A stretch of DNA of 64,000 nucleotides from contig CM000208.1 of assembly GCA_000002445.1 (NCBI GenBank), forward strand, positions 1,376,001 to 1,440,000. Reading direction: 5' to 3'. Made by a program: the position numbers and the translations under genes. The notes beneath the pieces are model-generated. The model did no database searches, had not been told where the DNA came from, and saw only the letters and a list, made by a program, of their open reading frames with translations. Positions 44,676 to 56,780 of this stretch are shown here, in pieces (position 1 is the stretch's first letter; each line of letters opens with the position of its first letter). Source of the DNA: Trypanosoma brucei. Taxonomy: Eukaryota.

Positions 44676-45144
44676 AACTGTATTGCCGCTGTCCACGTAC
44701 ATATATGTTCATATCACCTATGAGCACCCAGTGGGTGTGTTCCAACATATATTTCCTCCCTATTTTGCGTACCCTTTTCATTTCGCAGGCACCATAGTGC
44801 TCATAACATCATATGTTTACAGATACGCCGAAGTTACTCTACATAGAGTAAGCGTACAAAACATATAACAGAAGGGGCTGCGTAATTAGCGATACTGTTT
44901 GCCAGTTACGTAACACAACAAATACTTGCTAGGTACCCACCTTGGACAGAGGCACGGGTGGAGTCGTGGACAATGTGTTGTGTGCTGCCGTTATCGATCA
45001 GTTGTGGCGAATGGTTGAACATGTACACTGTGAGTAAAGTGCCCCCTATAATACCTTTGTGAAACAGGAAAAGGTGTTTTAATGCATAGTAACCCTTATT
45101 GGTGGGTTGTAGTTGTTTCATCAAAATTTGTGTTGTTGTGTATT

Positions 45145-45940
45145 ATATTTTTATTTTCCAAAACAAAATTTTATTGGTATTAGTGTGATAGAAGATCAAC
45201 TAATGGACAAGCAGGAAATGTTGATTCTGTTATTTTCTTTACTGTTTCTTCGCAACCCAGCGGAAGCTTTCGAATCGCGTTCGTATGTAAAGCCAGATGG
45301 AGACCCGGACTGCACAAATTTGACAGGTGTTTCTCATGTTCCCTATCACAATGATATGGATGATTACGCGGAAGAAAATTGCACAAAAATAAAGACACCG
45401 TCTCATAATAAAGAGCAGACGGGCAACTGCACTCTTTGCGTTGGTCATTACATCTGTCATTCTCTGTATAAATGTGTGAGTAAAGACTTTGTCAGGTTTT
45501 TTGGAAATGGTAGCCAGGAAGAACCCGCAAGCGAAGAAAAAAAGGACAACGAGTCGGCTCTAGATGCTGCTGACACTTCCTCCTCAGGAACTGGAACTGA
45601 GTCTCCTGAAGAAACCACTGGCGGCAGAACCAATGTTAGATCTAATGTGGAAGATGTGAAGGACGGTAAGGAGAATGTGACCTCTCCTGAAGAAGAAAGC
45701 AGGGGCGCTCCACACGGTACCGCGGTTTCCCCTCTCGAGGAAAGAAGCCCGAACCCTACTGACAGAAAGAACCTACCACATGATCGCTTCCTCGCTTTAT
45801 TTACTGAACACTTTTTAAGCAATTCTCAACTTGTGTTGAATTTAAACAATAAGATTATGCTTTCAGCGTTATTTTTCTTGCTATAAAAAAACGAGAGATA
45901 AACTAGTTTGCTAACTGAAAACAATCAGAAATAGAGAGTG
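45145..45940 (+). repeat. Tandem duplication unit 2.
   Basis: See unit 1. The ATG-to-ATG offset is 1274 nt. Confidence 0.8.
45203..45886 (+). CDS. Small GPI-anchor-type surface protein, copy 2. The signal peptide, Cys core, acidic spacer and tail are identical to copy 1. The N-terminal mature segment of about 60 aa and the region before the omega site are diverged.
   Basis: Alignment of the two translations by eye. ATG at 45203 within track ORF 45113..45886. Confidence 0.65.
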   Translation: MDKQEMLILLFSLLFLRNPAEAFESRSYVKPDGDPDCTNLTGVSHVPYHNDMDDYAEENCTKIKTPSHNKEQTGNCTLCVGHYICHSLYKCVSKDFVRFFGNGSQEEPASEEKKDNESALDAADTSSSGTGTESPEETTGGRTNVRSNVEDVKDGKENVTSPEEESRGAPHGTAVSPLEERSPNPTDRKNLPHDRFLALFTEHFLSNSQLVLNLNNKIMLSALFFLL

Positions 45941-47445
45941 ATATCGTTCATACGTGTTTAATTGTATTTTTTTACCAATATTGCTGTATGTTTCTTTGAA
46001 CATTTAGTGGCTTGTAGTATTGTACGGTAGTGGAAAAGGTAGACACCTAATGGGGTTTGTACTTCTGTTGATGGTGGTGTAGTGTTGTTAAAGGATAGCG
46101 CTATTGACAGGGGATTGCGTGTAACGAGGGAATGGAAAATGTGTTTGGGACTAATGGAAGGGAAACGTAGATAACATAATGTAGTGAGGTCGCGTAATTA
46201 ATGCTCATTACGGTAGCATGGCTTCGTGGCGGGGTCTGATGGATACGCAACGGCATGCGTGGGGTGAACAGGGGCTATGTTACCCAGGCAAATACGGAGA
46301 GAAATTGTATGCCACTGCATCGTTGCGCGGTGTAGGAAGGATATTGACCACATGGGATGTTATGTTGTACGAATCTGGTTTCTCTTTTGTCCTAATCTCC
46401 TAGTTGGGGGTGGAAAGGGAATCTGCTAGAGGAAACGGGGAGAGGCATTATGTCTGCGGCGGTTTCGTTGGTCGAGGGAAATGGGTATGGATATTAGATC
46501 CGACTTGAGAGCCGCTCTTCACTACACCAGATTGCGGAGCTCTATCCGAAGGAAAAGTGCACCGGCACGGTGGGCAATTGGGTAGAGTGCTCAGAGTTGT
46601 GAGTATATGCTAGGGTGTATTTGCATATTTCCTGCTGAACCAAAGCGGGAGACAGGAATAAGCGGGGATAATGGGATGGTTTCTCGTGGTTTGTACTGCT
46701 ATGCGCGGATGTTTTGTCAGGTGTGGACGACGGGTTAACTGAGGGGCGGCGTTTCCCGAAAAGAAAAGTGCGGAGCGGATGCGACGCAGATATATTTTTA
46801 AGGCGCGTAATTGGCAGTGCGGTAAGCATACTGAGGGATATCGGAAAATAGGACAGTGAATATGCGGAGGGGAGTGAGCAATGGCAACTCCTGAAAAATG
46901 AAAGACCAAGAGGCGACGCCGGTACGACACACGAGGAAAGCACAGAAGCATTTTCGCGTTGTTGGCCATCCAGCAAGCTTTTCCTCCCATCCATACAATG
47001 CTTCCGCTGCCCCTTTCACGTACATTGGTCCCCGCAGGTGTAGTTCCTGTGGATAATTCTCTTAGGGTTAAGTTCGATTTCTCCGCGTGAAGTGGTGTAC
47101 CCCCAAAATTCCCCATTATTGTTCGTCCCACCTTTACAGTTTGCGGTTTCCTTGCAGGCCTCTTTTTCTACACATCCGTAATCAAATTTGTTTGCCGCTT
47201 CCGTGTCAATGGATGTTCATTGGGTGCCACCGCAGAAGTGGTAGGGGACTCTGGGGCGAACGCTGTTTTTGACAAGTTCCAGAGTTTTCTGATTTTGTTA
47301 CTCTTTGTTTTAGTGATTTGTCGATCCATGACCTTCTGAGGCAGCTCTACGTTAGCCCCCGTTTCATATAGTTGTTGTTGTTTTTCCAAACGCTTTGCGG
47401 GCGTTTACGCACTCCTCGACGTCCACTCCCCGTATTGTACGGCCT
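45941..47445. other. Convergent strand-switch region, a candidate Pol II transcription termination zone, between the plus-strand and minus-strand polycistronic units.
   Basis: All credible CDSs upstream are on the plus strand and all downstream are on the minus strand. Intergenic strand composition flips from T/C-rich on the plus strand to A/G-rich on the plus strand across this point. No tRNA-like structure found. Confidence 0.7.
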
Positions 47446-48039
47446 CTACGGGCAGGTCGTGGAGTCTCCAAACCCCTTTTCGTGCATTTGACACCTAAAC
47501 TTTTTCGCTTTCACAATGAAAACTTCCGGGGGAATCTCGGAAAGAGGTGGTATAACTGAGGCGGTTGTGCAGGTTCGAAGGCTTTGCCCATCTATAGCAA
47601 GGTGATTTCCAGCCGTACCGTTCATTTCATGCACCGACACTTCGCCCCAGAGAAAATAGCTCGGTTGAGCGGCATCAGCAACAACAACAAAAGAGAGGAA
47701 AAACGATCGTAGTTGCTCCACCTTCATGTTTCCCCAACCCGCGCCGCAGGCATGAGGAACGCAAGCCTGCGCTACACAACCAGTAAGGGTGACCGCCACA
47801 GTTCCCTGCACTTGATTCATTTCGAAATGCAAAATTGCGCGTCCTCCTCGCCGCCTGCAAAAAATAGGATCAACGCTCAGTTGTTTTAGTGGTGTTCTGT
47901 AATCCTGGCGCAGAAAAGTGGTGTTAAGATTTAATTCCTTCAGCCCCCAAGCATCTCGTGACTGCAAGAAAATGAAGAGAAGCATTACAACACCGACATG
48001 CCACCAGCGAACGCATGAGAATAAGACAGCGCTGGGCAT
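47446..48039 (-). CDS. Hypothetical protein with a signal-peptide-like or TM N-terminus (197 aa).
   Basis: ATG confirmed on the minus strand at 48039. MPSAVLFSCVRWWHVGVVMLLFIFLQS hydrophobic start. No family recognised. Confidence 0.4.
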   Translation of the reverse strand: MPSAVLFSCVRWWHVGVVMLLFIFLQSRDAWGLKELNLNTTFLRQDYRTPLKQLSVDPIFCRRRGGRAILHFEMNQVQGTVAVTLTGCVAQACVPHACGAGWGNMKVEQLRSFFLSFVVVADAAQPSYFLWGEVSVHEMNGTAGNHLAIDGQSLRTCTTASVIPPLSEIPPEVFIVKAKKFRCQMHEKGFGDSTTCP

Positions 48040-48405
48040 GGTTCCTCCATCAAGACGAAAGCTGAGCGCGACAGCAAGATTGGTGCAAAGGAAAGTTCGA
48101 AGAAGATATGGGCCAAGTCAAGTGTACAGAACAGAGCGACTCCAAAGGTCGGTGCGTGCGTGCAGTCGGCCCCCCCCATAAGTTTCATAAGGGATAAAAT
48201 ATCCCTCTATATCCCACGCCAAGCGTCATTTCCTCTTCTTGCGTACCTTCGCGTCGCGTCTTCGAAGCCATCCTCCTCCAGAACAGCGATACGCGTTTGC
48301 GATAGGACAGCTGAGGTTCCATGCACAGGTTAAAGCGTTATTTTTTTTTTTTGGTTCTCCGAATCCCACCTCCCCCCCTCCAGCCGCTCGTTGTGGCGTA
48401 GCTTC

Positions 48406-48993
48406 TCATTTGCTTCGCGTCAACCCAAGAGTGCAGCGGCGGTCACACAAAGGGCGACGATAACGAGGAAGGGAAGATGGGCTTTTAAGAAGCGACCGGC
48501 CGTGAATGGCAAGGCCCCATGCAATCCAAAACATATTCCACGGCCGCCGTGGTCCGTTTGTCATTTCCTCCAAAACAGACGCGACGTAAGAGTGGCAGTT
48601 GTTTGTGAAGAAATTGTACGTTTGTGTTTTGCGGAAACGCGTCGTAACGCCGCTTAGAGCTCTGTCGTACTCCTCCGTCTCCCGTCGCCTTCTCTCTTCT
48701 ACATCCCCCGACAACAAACCACCCGGAGGAAATCGGGAGGATGGAACGTACATGGCTGAAATGTCCCAATATTTTACGGGGTTTCCAAACAACATGTGAT
48801 CCACTCCAATGCAATACGACCCCTCAAAGTCAAATATTCTGCCAGTGGAATCACATATTCCCACGTGACCCACAAAGGGAAACAACCACGAGACCAGGGG
48901 GATATCGGTCCACACAATGCAGAACGGGTAACGCTCCGGGGTCACAGAGGAAGTTGAGGTTGTATTGTCACTCATTGCGTTCCGCCTTGTCAT
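48406..48993 (-). CDS. TMEM222-like protein (DUF778 family).
   Basis: HVGICDSTGRIFDFEGSYCIGVDHMLFGNPVKYWDI...FTNNCHSYVASVLEEM...WNMFWIAWGL parallels human TMEM222 (HVGICTS.G.I.DFAGPY.V..D.MAFG.P.KYW...CDNCHSHVALALN). First ATG at 48993 (the track start at 48999 is GTG). Confidence 0.6.
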   Translation of the reverse strand: MTRRNAMSDNTTSTSSVTPERYPFCIVWTDIPLVSWLFPFVGHVGICDSTGRIFDFEGSYCIGVDHMLFGNPVKYWDISAMYVPSSRFPPGGLLSGDVEERRRRETEEYDRALSGVTTRFRKTQTYNFFTNNCHSYVASVLEEMTNGPRRPWNMFWIAWGLAIHGRSLLKSPSSLPRYRRPLCDRRCTLGLTRSK

Positions 48994-49062
48994 TACCACT
49001 GTTGCGTATGGCGTATTTGGTGTTCCTAAACTTGAAGTAAAAATATTCTAAAACCCTTGAAA

Positions 49063-49079
49063 GTGTGTGTGTGTGTGTG
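49063..49079. repeat. (GT)8 microsatellite.
   Basis: gtgtgtgtgtgtgtgtg read directly. Confidence 0.8.
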
Positions 49080-49466
49080 GAAGTGAAAATGAAGCTCGTA
49101 GACTCCAACAGTCCTCACCTAGTCCTCTATTTCTCCATTTAAGGTGAATGTGACAGCGCGGATGAGAAGCTACCATATAAATTCATCGCTTTGCGTCGTT
49201 CGGACAATGAAATGCGATGCCTACGCACCCTCATCGGATGGAATTAACCGCTTCTGTCTTGTTTCTCACGTCTTTTTTTTTTGTTTTGCAGGTGGAGGAA
49301 CGACATGATTCATCAACATTGGTCAGCCTATAGCATCCCCACATCTCCTCATCTCGAAAGGAACACAGAGTGCATGATGTAACATTCCAAATAAACAAAA
49401 TAAAATAAACGGCAAGAAATAAAAAAAAACAATTGCGAAAACAAACACGGAGCGAAAGTGCCGTGA

Positions 49467-49489
49467 CCCCCCCCCCCAAAAAAAAAAAA
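49467..49489. repeat. C11 homopolymer directly followed by A12, in the intergenic region between the minus-strand genes.
   Basis: cccccccccccaaaaaaaaaaaa read directly. Confidence 0.85.
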
Positions 49490-49759
49490 TTATGAAAAAA
49501 TTAGTCACCACACCTTTGTAACATATATATATCCCGCATGTCACCTTCGACAATACTGCAACAAAAGTGACAATAATATTATTTGAACATCGCAATGATG
49601 CGCCTTCAGTGCAACAGAAACAAGGGTGACAGAAAATCACCCTTGACTTTCCATGGGCCTGTTTTCCACTCTCAGAATCTGGCTTTATTGAATGCATTTC
49701 TTCGCCGATGGGCCCTCTCCTAAAAATTCCGTAACGATAGCAAAACTATTTTTTCGCCC

Positions 49760-50569
49760 TCATTCAGTAAACAAGTAATTCCGTACATTGGCCCTACCAA
49801 ACGATATGCTAGCAACCTCCTCCGCGATATTTCCATTTGCGGCACCGACCAATGTTAAGAGCGGCATCAGGTGCTCGTGTTCACGGAGTGGTTGCGCTTC
49901 AGTGAAGCCCTCCATTGTTTTTACACGCTCCATCGCCTTCAGGCGGTCCTCAGGAAGCGTCGCAACCTCATTTTTACATAGAATGGAAGTCAGTGCATCT
50001 CCAAACTTCCTCCCAGCTCCCTCGCGGTTAAAATGCGCAAAATGGTGCATGGTGGAGCCACTTCCAATAAACATTACAGCATCAGAGCGTAAGGGACGGA
50101 GAGCCTTCCCCATGCGTATGTGCTCTGCAGGATCACCGGATCGCAACACAGACAGAGGTACCACAGGGATATTGGCTTCGGGGAACATGATCATGAGTGG
50201 GACAAACACGCCGTGGTCAAGAAGCCGCTCGGGTTCCATTTCCGCATGAAATCCTCCAACCGTGAGAGCATTCACAATGGCAGCAGCAAGTGGCGCATTA
50301 CCCGGCACGGGATATCGAAACTTATAGCTTTCTTCTGGAAATCCGTAGTAGTCAAACAGTAGAGAGGGCCGCTCCGCTCCGCCAACTTTTGGTGTATTCG
50401 TCTCATAATGTGCAGAAATCACAACAATGGCTTTCGGAAGGCCAAAACGATTCTCTAAAAGTTTCCGGTGGCTCTTAAGGGCATCAACCAACATTTTGTG
50501 CCCCTCATCCCGCAATAACGGCAAGGGGCCACCGCCATGACACACAAATAGTGAGGGGTACACCGTCAT
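49760..50569 (-). CDS. Class III extradiol ring-cleavage dioxygenase, LigB family (DOPA 4,5-dioxygenase/YgiD-like).
   Basis: MTVYPSLFVCHGGGPLPLL... ISAHYETN...DHGVFVPLMIMFPEANIPVVPLSV..FIGSGSTMHHF has the LigB/YgiD hallmarks. The track ORF extends 55 codons upstream through poly-F/L read-through of the UTR, so the start is set at the ATG at 50569. Confidence 0.8.
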   Translation of the reverse strand: MTVYPSLFVCHGGGPLPLLRDEGHKMLVDALKSHRKLLENRFGLPKAIVVISAHYETNTPKVGGAERPSLLFDYYGFPEESYKFRYPVPGNAPLAAAIVNALTVGGFHAEMEPERLLDHGVFVPLMIMFPEANIPVVPLSVLRSGDPAEHIRMGKALRPLRSDAVMFIGSGSTMHHFAHFNREGAGRKFGDALTSILCKNEVATLPEDRLKAMERVKTMEGFTEAQPLREHEHLMPLLTLVGAANGNIAEEVASISFGRANVRNYLFTE

Positions 50570-50599
50570 GAGTAGTAAGAACTTTGGTAATTTGTTTGT

Positions 50600-50700
50600 T
50601 CCATCAACCGCGATACCGCATAATATTGAAACAACAAAAACAGAACGAAATGAAACAAAAAGAAACAAAAAAAAAAGAAGCAACAAAAAAATGAATAGAT
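50600..50700 (-). promoter_or_regulatory. Polypyrimidine tract on the minus strand upstream of the dioxygenase gene. Candidate trans-splicing signal.
   Basis: The plus strand reads aacaacaaaaacagaacgaaatgaaacaaaaagaaacaaaaaaaaaagaagcaacaaaaaaa, which is T/C-rich on the minus strand. Confidence 0.4.
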
Positions 50701-52348
50701 AAATCCGCGGCAGTAAAGATTTTAATGTTACCAATTAGATAGTTGTGTGCATTGGAGGCGCTCCAAGCACTCAAACAACAGAGCGAAGCCTCCGTTCGTG
50801 GATGAAGTTGTGTCACATAAAGTAAGAGGCCGGCACGATACAAACGAACAAACAAAACGCACGTATTCACATTCAAAAACCCATCGCCCACAGCATGACA
50901 CCGAAAAGTGACCTCTGTAACGACGATGGCTACGACCGCAACTACTACCATAAGAGGCCGCTACATATATCCAAATAAAAACAACAACACCAACAACACA
51001 AAAGAGGAGTGCTGTATAACATGCGCCCCATTGGATCACCTGTTTCCTATGTTTTCCTTCCATTACTCCTTTGCTCCATTACAGTCCTCCTCCTCCTCCT
51101 CCAAACTCACGCACACACACGCGTACACACTCTGTTCACGCCTTCTCCTCCGTGCACAAGGCACAAAAGGAAGAAAAAAGAAAAAGAAAAAAAAGTACAC
51201 ATACATAGAGTCTCCACTAAACTAACGGATTCAACTTAACGGAGCGCCCTATACATTTTGCACATTTGCACTCGTTGGCGGCAAACAGGAATAACACCCT
51301 TCTGTTACATCTGTATTTTCCCCTCATTTATTTCTCTTCCTTACCCGTCATTCCAAGGGAAAGTGTGCACCATAAAAGACAAAGGGTCAAAAAAGAAAAG
51401 ATCCAGCACGGTGTCATTGTGAAGGGAGATACCGTGCACAAAAGGTAAAGCACACAATCTTCAAGGGATAAAAACAAAAGGAAGAATTGTGCGAAAAAAG
51501 GGGGGAAACGGTTGTAACAGGAAGGAAAAGGAGGGAAAAAAAACAAAATTGAAGCTCACGGTGACGGAAGTAGGCGATAACACACAAAAAAAAAGTATTT
51601 CGCAACGAGAAGCAACGAAAAGACGACACGCCGACGGGGAAAATGTGCATAAGGAAGCGCAATCTCAACTTAAGTTGTTGAATGTACTGCATCTACTGCC
51701 GTACCTCGTGCAAATAACACCAACAACAACATCCCCCCGCAAAAACATTTATTCCTTCATCCAACCGCTGATGCGCTGGCATTGGCGTTTAGCGTCTCTT
51801 GTTTCCTCGCAGTGCACCGTTGTTGTTTCAATAAGGAGAATATTTGGCCTTTTAACCCGAACACATGCGAAGAGATACACACATGCACACACGGAAAAAC
51901 AAAAACACCTCGGGAGGGCTCGCTGCTGCCCTGTAGAAGCGCAAGTCAACGATCGATACATTCAAACCTTTCCATCGTCAACAACCGTTGGGAGGAAAAG
52001 AAACAAAAAAAACACGAGTGGGCATACAGCCTTACGTGTTGTATATATTCTTTGGTACGTGTCGGTCTATCCGCCTCCTGTACCGTACGCGCCATGATAC
52101 GCGGTTCCAACTACACGGAAGCACGTTAACCGCACAACCTGCAATTGTCGGAGGCAATGGACACGAATTCCCTTAAGCGGTAATTTCTGGTACAAAAGTC
52201 GCTCAGTAAACCAGTTAACATTCCCCCTTTGATCGCCCATTTTGTTCCCTCTTGTTTTCGTTCATTTCTCTTTCTTTCCATTCTTCTATACAAGGTTACG
52301 GTTCGGACGCCTTTTCCCTTGTGCTTTTTTTTGTAATATTTATTTGCT

Positions 52349-52382
52349 TATATATATATATATATTTATTTATTTATTTAAT
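52349..52382. repeat. (TA)8 followed by (TTTA)4.
   Basis: tatatatatatatatatttatttatttattta read directly. Confidence 0.8.
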
Positions 52383-52448
52383 TCTTTGATTCTTGTGCAA
52401 AACTCCCCACCCCGATTGCCACTGCAATGTTTTTTCCTTCCCCCCCTG

Positions 52449-53096
52449 TTACAACTTGCTCTTTTCGATACGAAGAAGTTCATCCACTTTTGTGGCCACT
52501 GATTTGAGCACAACGGGAAGCGGAGGGTTGCCATCAACTTCCAACACCTTCCCACGGTAATATTCCATGAGGGATGCCTTCTGCTTCAGATAAACCTGCA
52601 TGCGGCGTCTGTGCTTTTCCCTGTTGTCGTCTGAGCGAATCAAAAGACGACCCATAATTTCTTGCGGCGACGGATCACTCTTTAGGTTGTAAATGCGGCC
52701 GGTCACTGGGTCTAAACGGCGGAACACGCAACGTTCCTCAAGTTTAATCTCGTCAACATCGATAAAAATCATCGCATCCACCTTGAACCCATTGGCGGCA
52801 AGCGTCTCCGCCTGTGCTCGGGTGCGTGGGAAACCATCAAGGAGAATTCCCCTTCCTTTTGTGTCAGGGCGTTGAAGGCGGTTAATAATCATGGCAACAA
52901 CCACATGGTCTGGTATTAGTTGTCCCTCACTCATAAGCCCCTCAACCTGCCGACCGATTGCACTACCCTTCTTCACTTCCTCTCGTAAGAGATTCCCCGT
53001 GCTTACGTGAATAAAATCATAACGACGGACAAGAAACTCGCTCGCAGTCCCTTTGCCACATCCCGGCGCTCCAAATAAAAGGATATGCAGACCCAT
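52449..53096 (-). CDS. ADK: Adenylate kinase, long type with a LID domain. The C-terminal -SKL is a PTS1-like glycosomal signal.
   Basis: P-loop GAPGCGKGT. LID RRLDPVTGRIYNLKSDPSPQEIMGRLLIRSDDN. NMP-binding region. Ends ...RIEKSKL. ATG confirmed at 53096. Confidence 0.9.
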   Translation of the reverse strand: MGLHILLFGAPGCGKGTASEFLVRRYDFIHVSTGNLLREEVKKGSAIGRQVEGLMSEGQLIPDHVVVAMIINRLQRPDTKGRGILLDGFPRTRAQAETLAANGFKVDAMIFIDVDEIKLEERCVFRRLDPVTGRIYNLKSDPSPQEIMGRLLIRSDDNREKHRRRMQVYLKQKASLMEYYRGKVLEVDGNPPLPVVLKSVATKVDELLRIEKSKL

Positions 53097-53901
53097 TCTT
53101 CAATTTATAAACAAACAAAGGTTCGTTATGAAACACAGCCCGCTACACGCTGACACTTCCTCCACGCTAATAGACAACCCTTTTCCTTGTATATTTGCTT
53201 GCTATTTGTCTTCCGTCATGTAAACTCCCCGTACGGGAAACTGGTTAAGTTTTCACCAAGAAAAGGGGCGCTAACACAACTGTTAAAAAAAATAAAATAA
53301 AATAGAAAACAGAAGAGTTAAAAAGGATGGATGAGGACCAGTGCAGGTGCTGATTTAAGGAGCAAACAATAGAAATCCTACCCTAGGTGATGCCGAACCG
53401 GCTCTGCGTGAAGCGTTACACTCTCTCAAGACCCTCCATATTTTTTTTGGGGGTTATTTCCTCAACTTCACGCGCCGTGCTGCGTTTGGCCATTTCTTAT
53501 CTTTCCTACGGCGCATGAGTAGGCGAAAAGCAAGGAGAAGAGAAGAGAAGGGATGGAAAAAAAAAAATGGGGAATAAAAAAACCACAGGACGCGAGTCGT
53601 CATTTCCCCCTTCTCACTTTCCCTCCCTTTTCTTTAAAAAGTTGCTGCTCAGCACACCATCCCAAATGTGACTTGGGTACGGAAAGAGCAGCTTTCAACA
53701 TAAAAAAAAAGTAAAAAAAAAAAGAAGTGGCGAAGCTCCCACAAGAATTACCACGAAGGGCATCTACGTCCACGAAGAGGGGGAAAAAAAAAACATACAA
53801 AAACTTCCGTTTTCCTAGTGCGGAAGACAAACAGAAGTTTTTGTCTGTTTTTTTTTTTCCTCTTCGTCAACTTATTCAGTCGGTAAAGGGTAAAATCCCA
53901 C

Positions 53902-56277
<2,376 letters not shown>

Positions 56278-56599
56278 TTAAAAAAAAAGAAAAAGTTATA
56301 TTGCCCCCAAATTTTGTTTTCTTGCACGCGTCCTTCTGTTGCGAGAAGTTGGATCTGCTATGTGCTTCTCCTACACTTCTTCGCGGTTCTGGATTATATA
56401 TGCACACAGCGCTTTCAAGTTAGAGTTTTTTTGTTCCCTTTTTTTACCGTTGCTGATTTCGTCCTTTTATCCTACTTCTAACTTTTCACCCCTCCCGATT
56501 GGTCCCTAAAGAAGCGACCTTTATATCCTTTATTTTTTTCCTTCAAATATTCTTCTTCTTCAGTGTCGTTTAACAACAAGTTTTGCAGTGATAAGCTTT

Positions 56600-56780
56600 G
56601 AGTGGTTGAAAGGGGGAGGAAATGGTAAAAGCGGAAGAGAACAGTAGAAAATGACACAAGATTGGTGTTATAAACGGGTAGAAACAAAAAATAATTCAGT
56701 GTTGATACGAAGGAAATATCCAATCTAAAAAGAAAAGGAGAAAAAAAAAAGGGAGACAGACAAACTACTACCATTTTGGA
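56600..56780 (-). promoter_or_regulatory. Pyrimidine-rich (minus-strand) region upstream of VCP. Candidate trans-splicing signal and 5'UTR.
   Basis: The plus strand is purine-rich, for example gaaagggggaggaaatggtaaaagcggaagagaacag and ctaaaaagaaaaggagaaaaaaaaaagggagacagacaaac. Confidence 0.35.

Noticed and set aside
46542-47131. Overlapping 150-173-aa minus-strand ORFs within the strand-switch region.
   Set aside because: Both overlapping frames are open, composition is atypical, and there are no motifs. This is the likely non-coding termination zone.
47040-47600. tRNA-like B-box fragments (agttcgattt at about 47066, ggttcgaagg at about 47571) in the strand-switch region.
   Set aside because: No compatible acceptor, D or anticodon arms could be drawn around them. 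They are probably chance matches.
50570-50734. The 5' extension of the LigB dioxygenase ORF.
   Set aside because: Poly-F/L translation of the T-rich minus-strand UTR. The conserved family sequence begins at the ATG at 50569.
51489-52097. A 202-aa plus-strand ORF, with neighbouring ORFs, between the dioxygenase and adenylate kinase genes.
   Set aside because: Purine-rich low-complexity translation (K/E/G runs) on the non-coding strand of a minus-strand polycistron.
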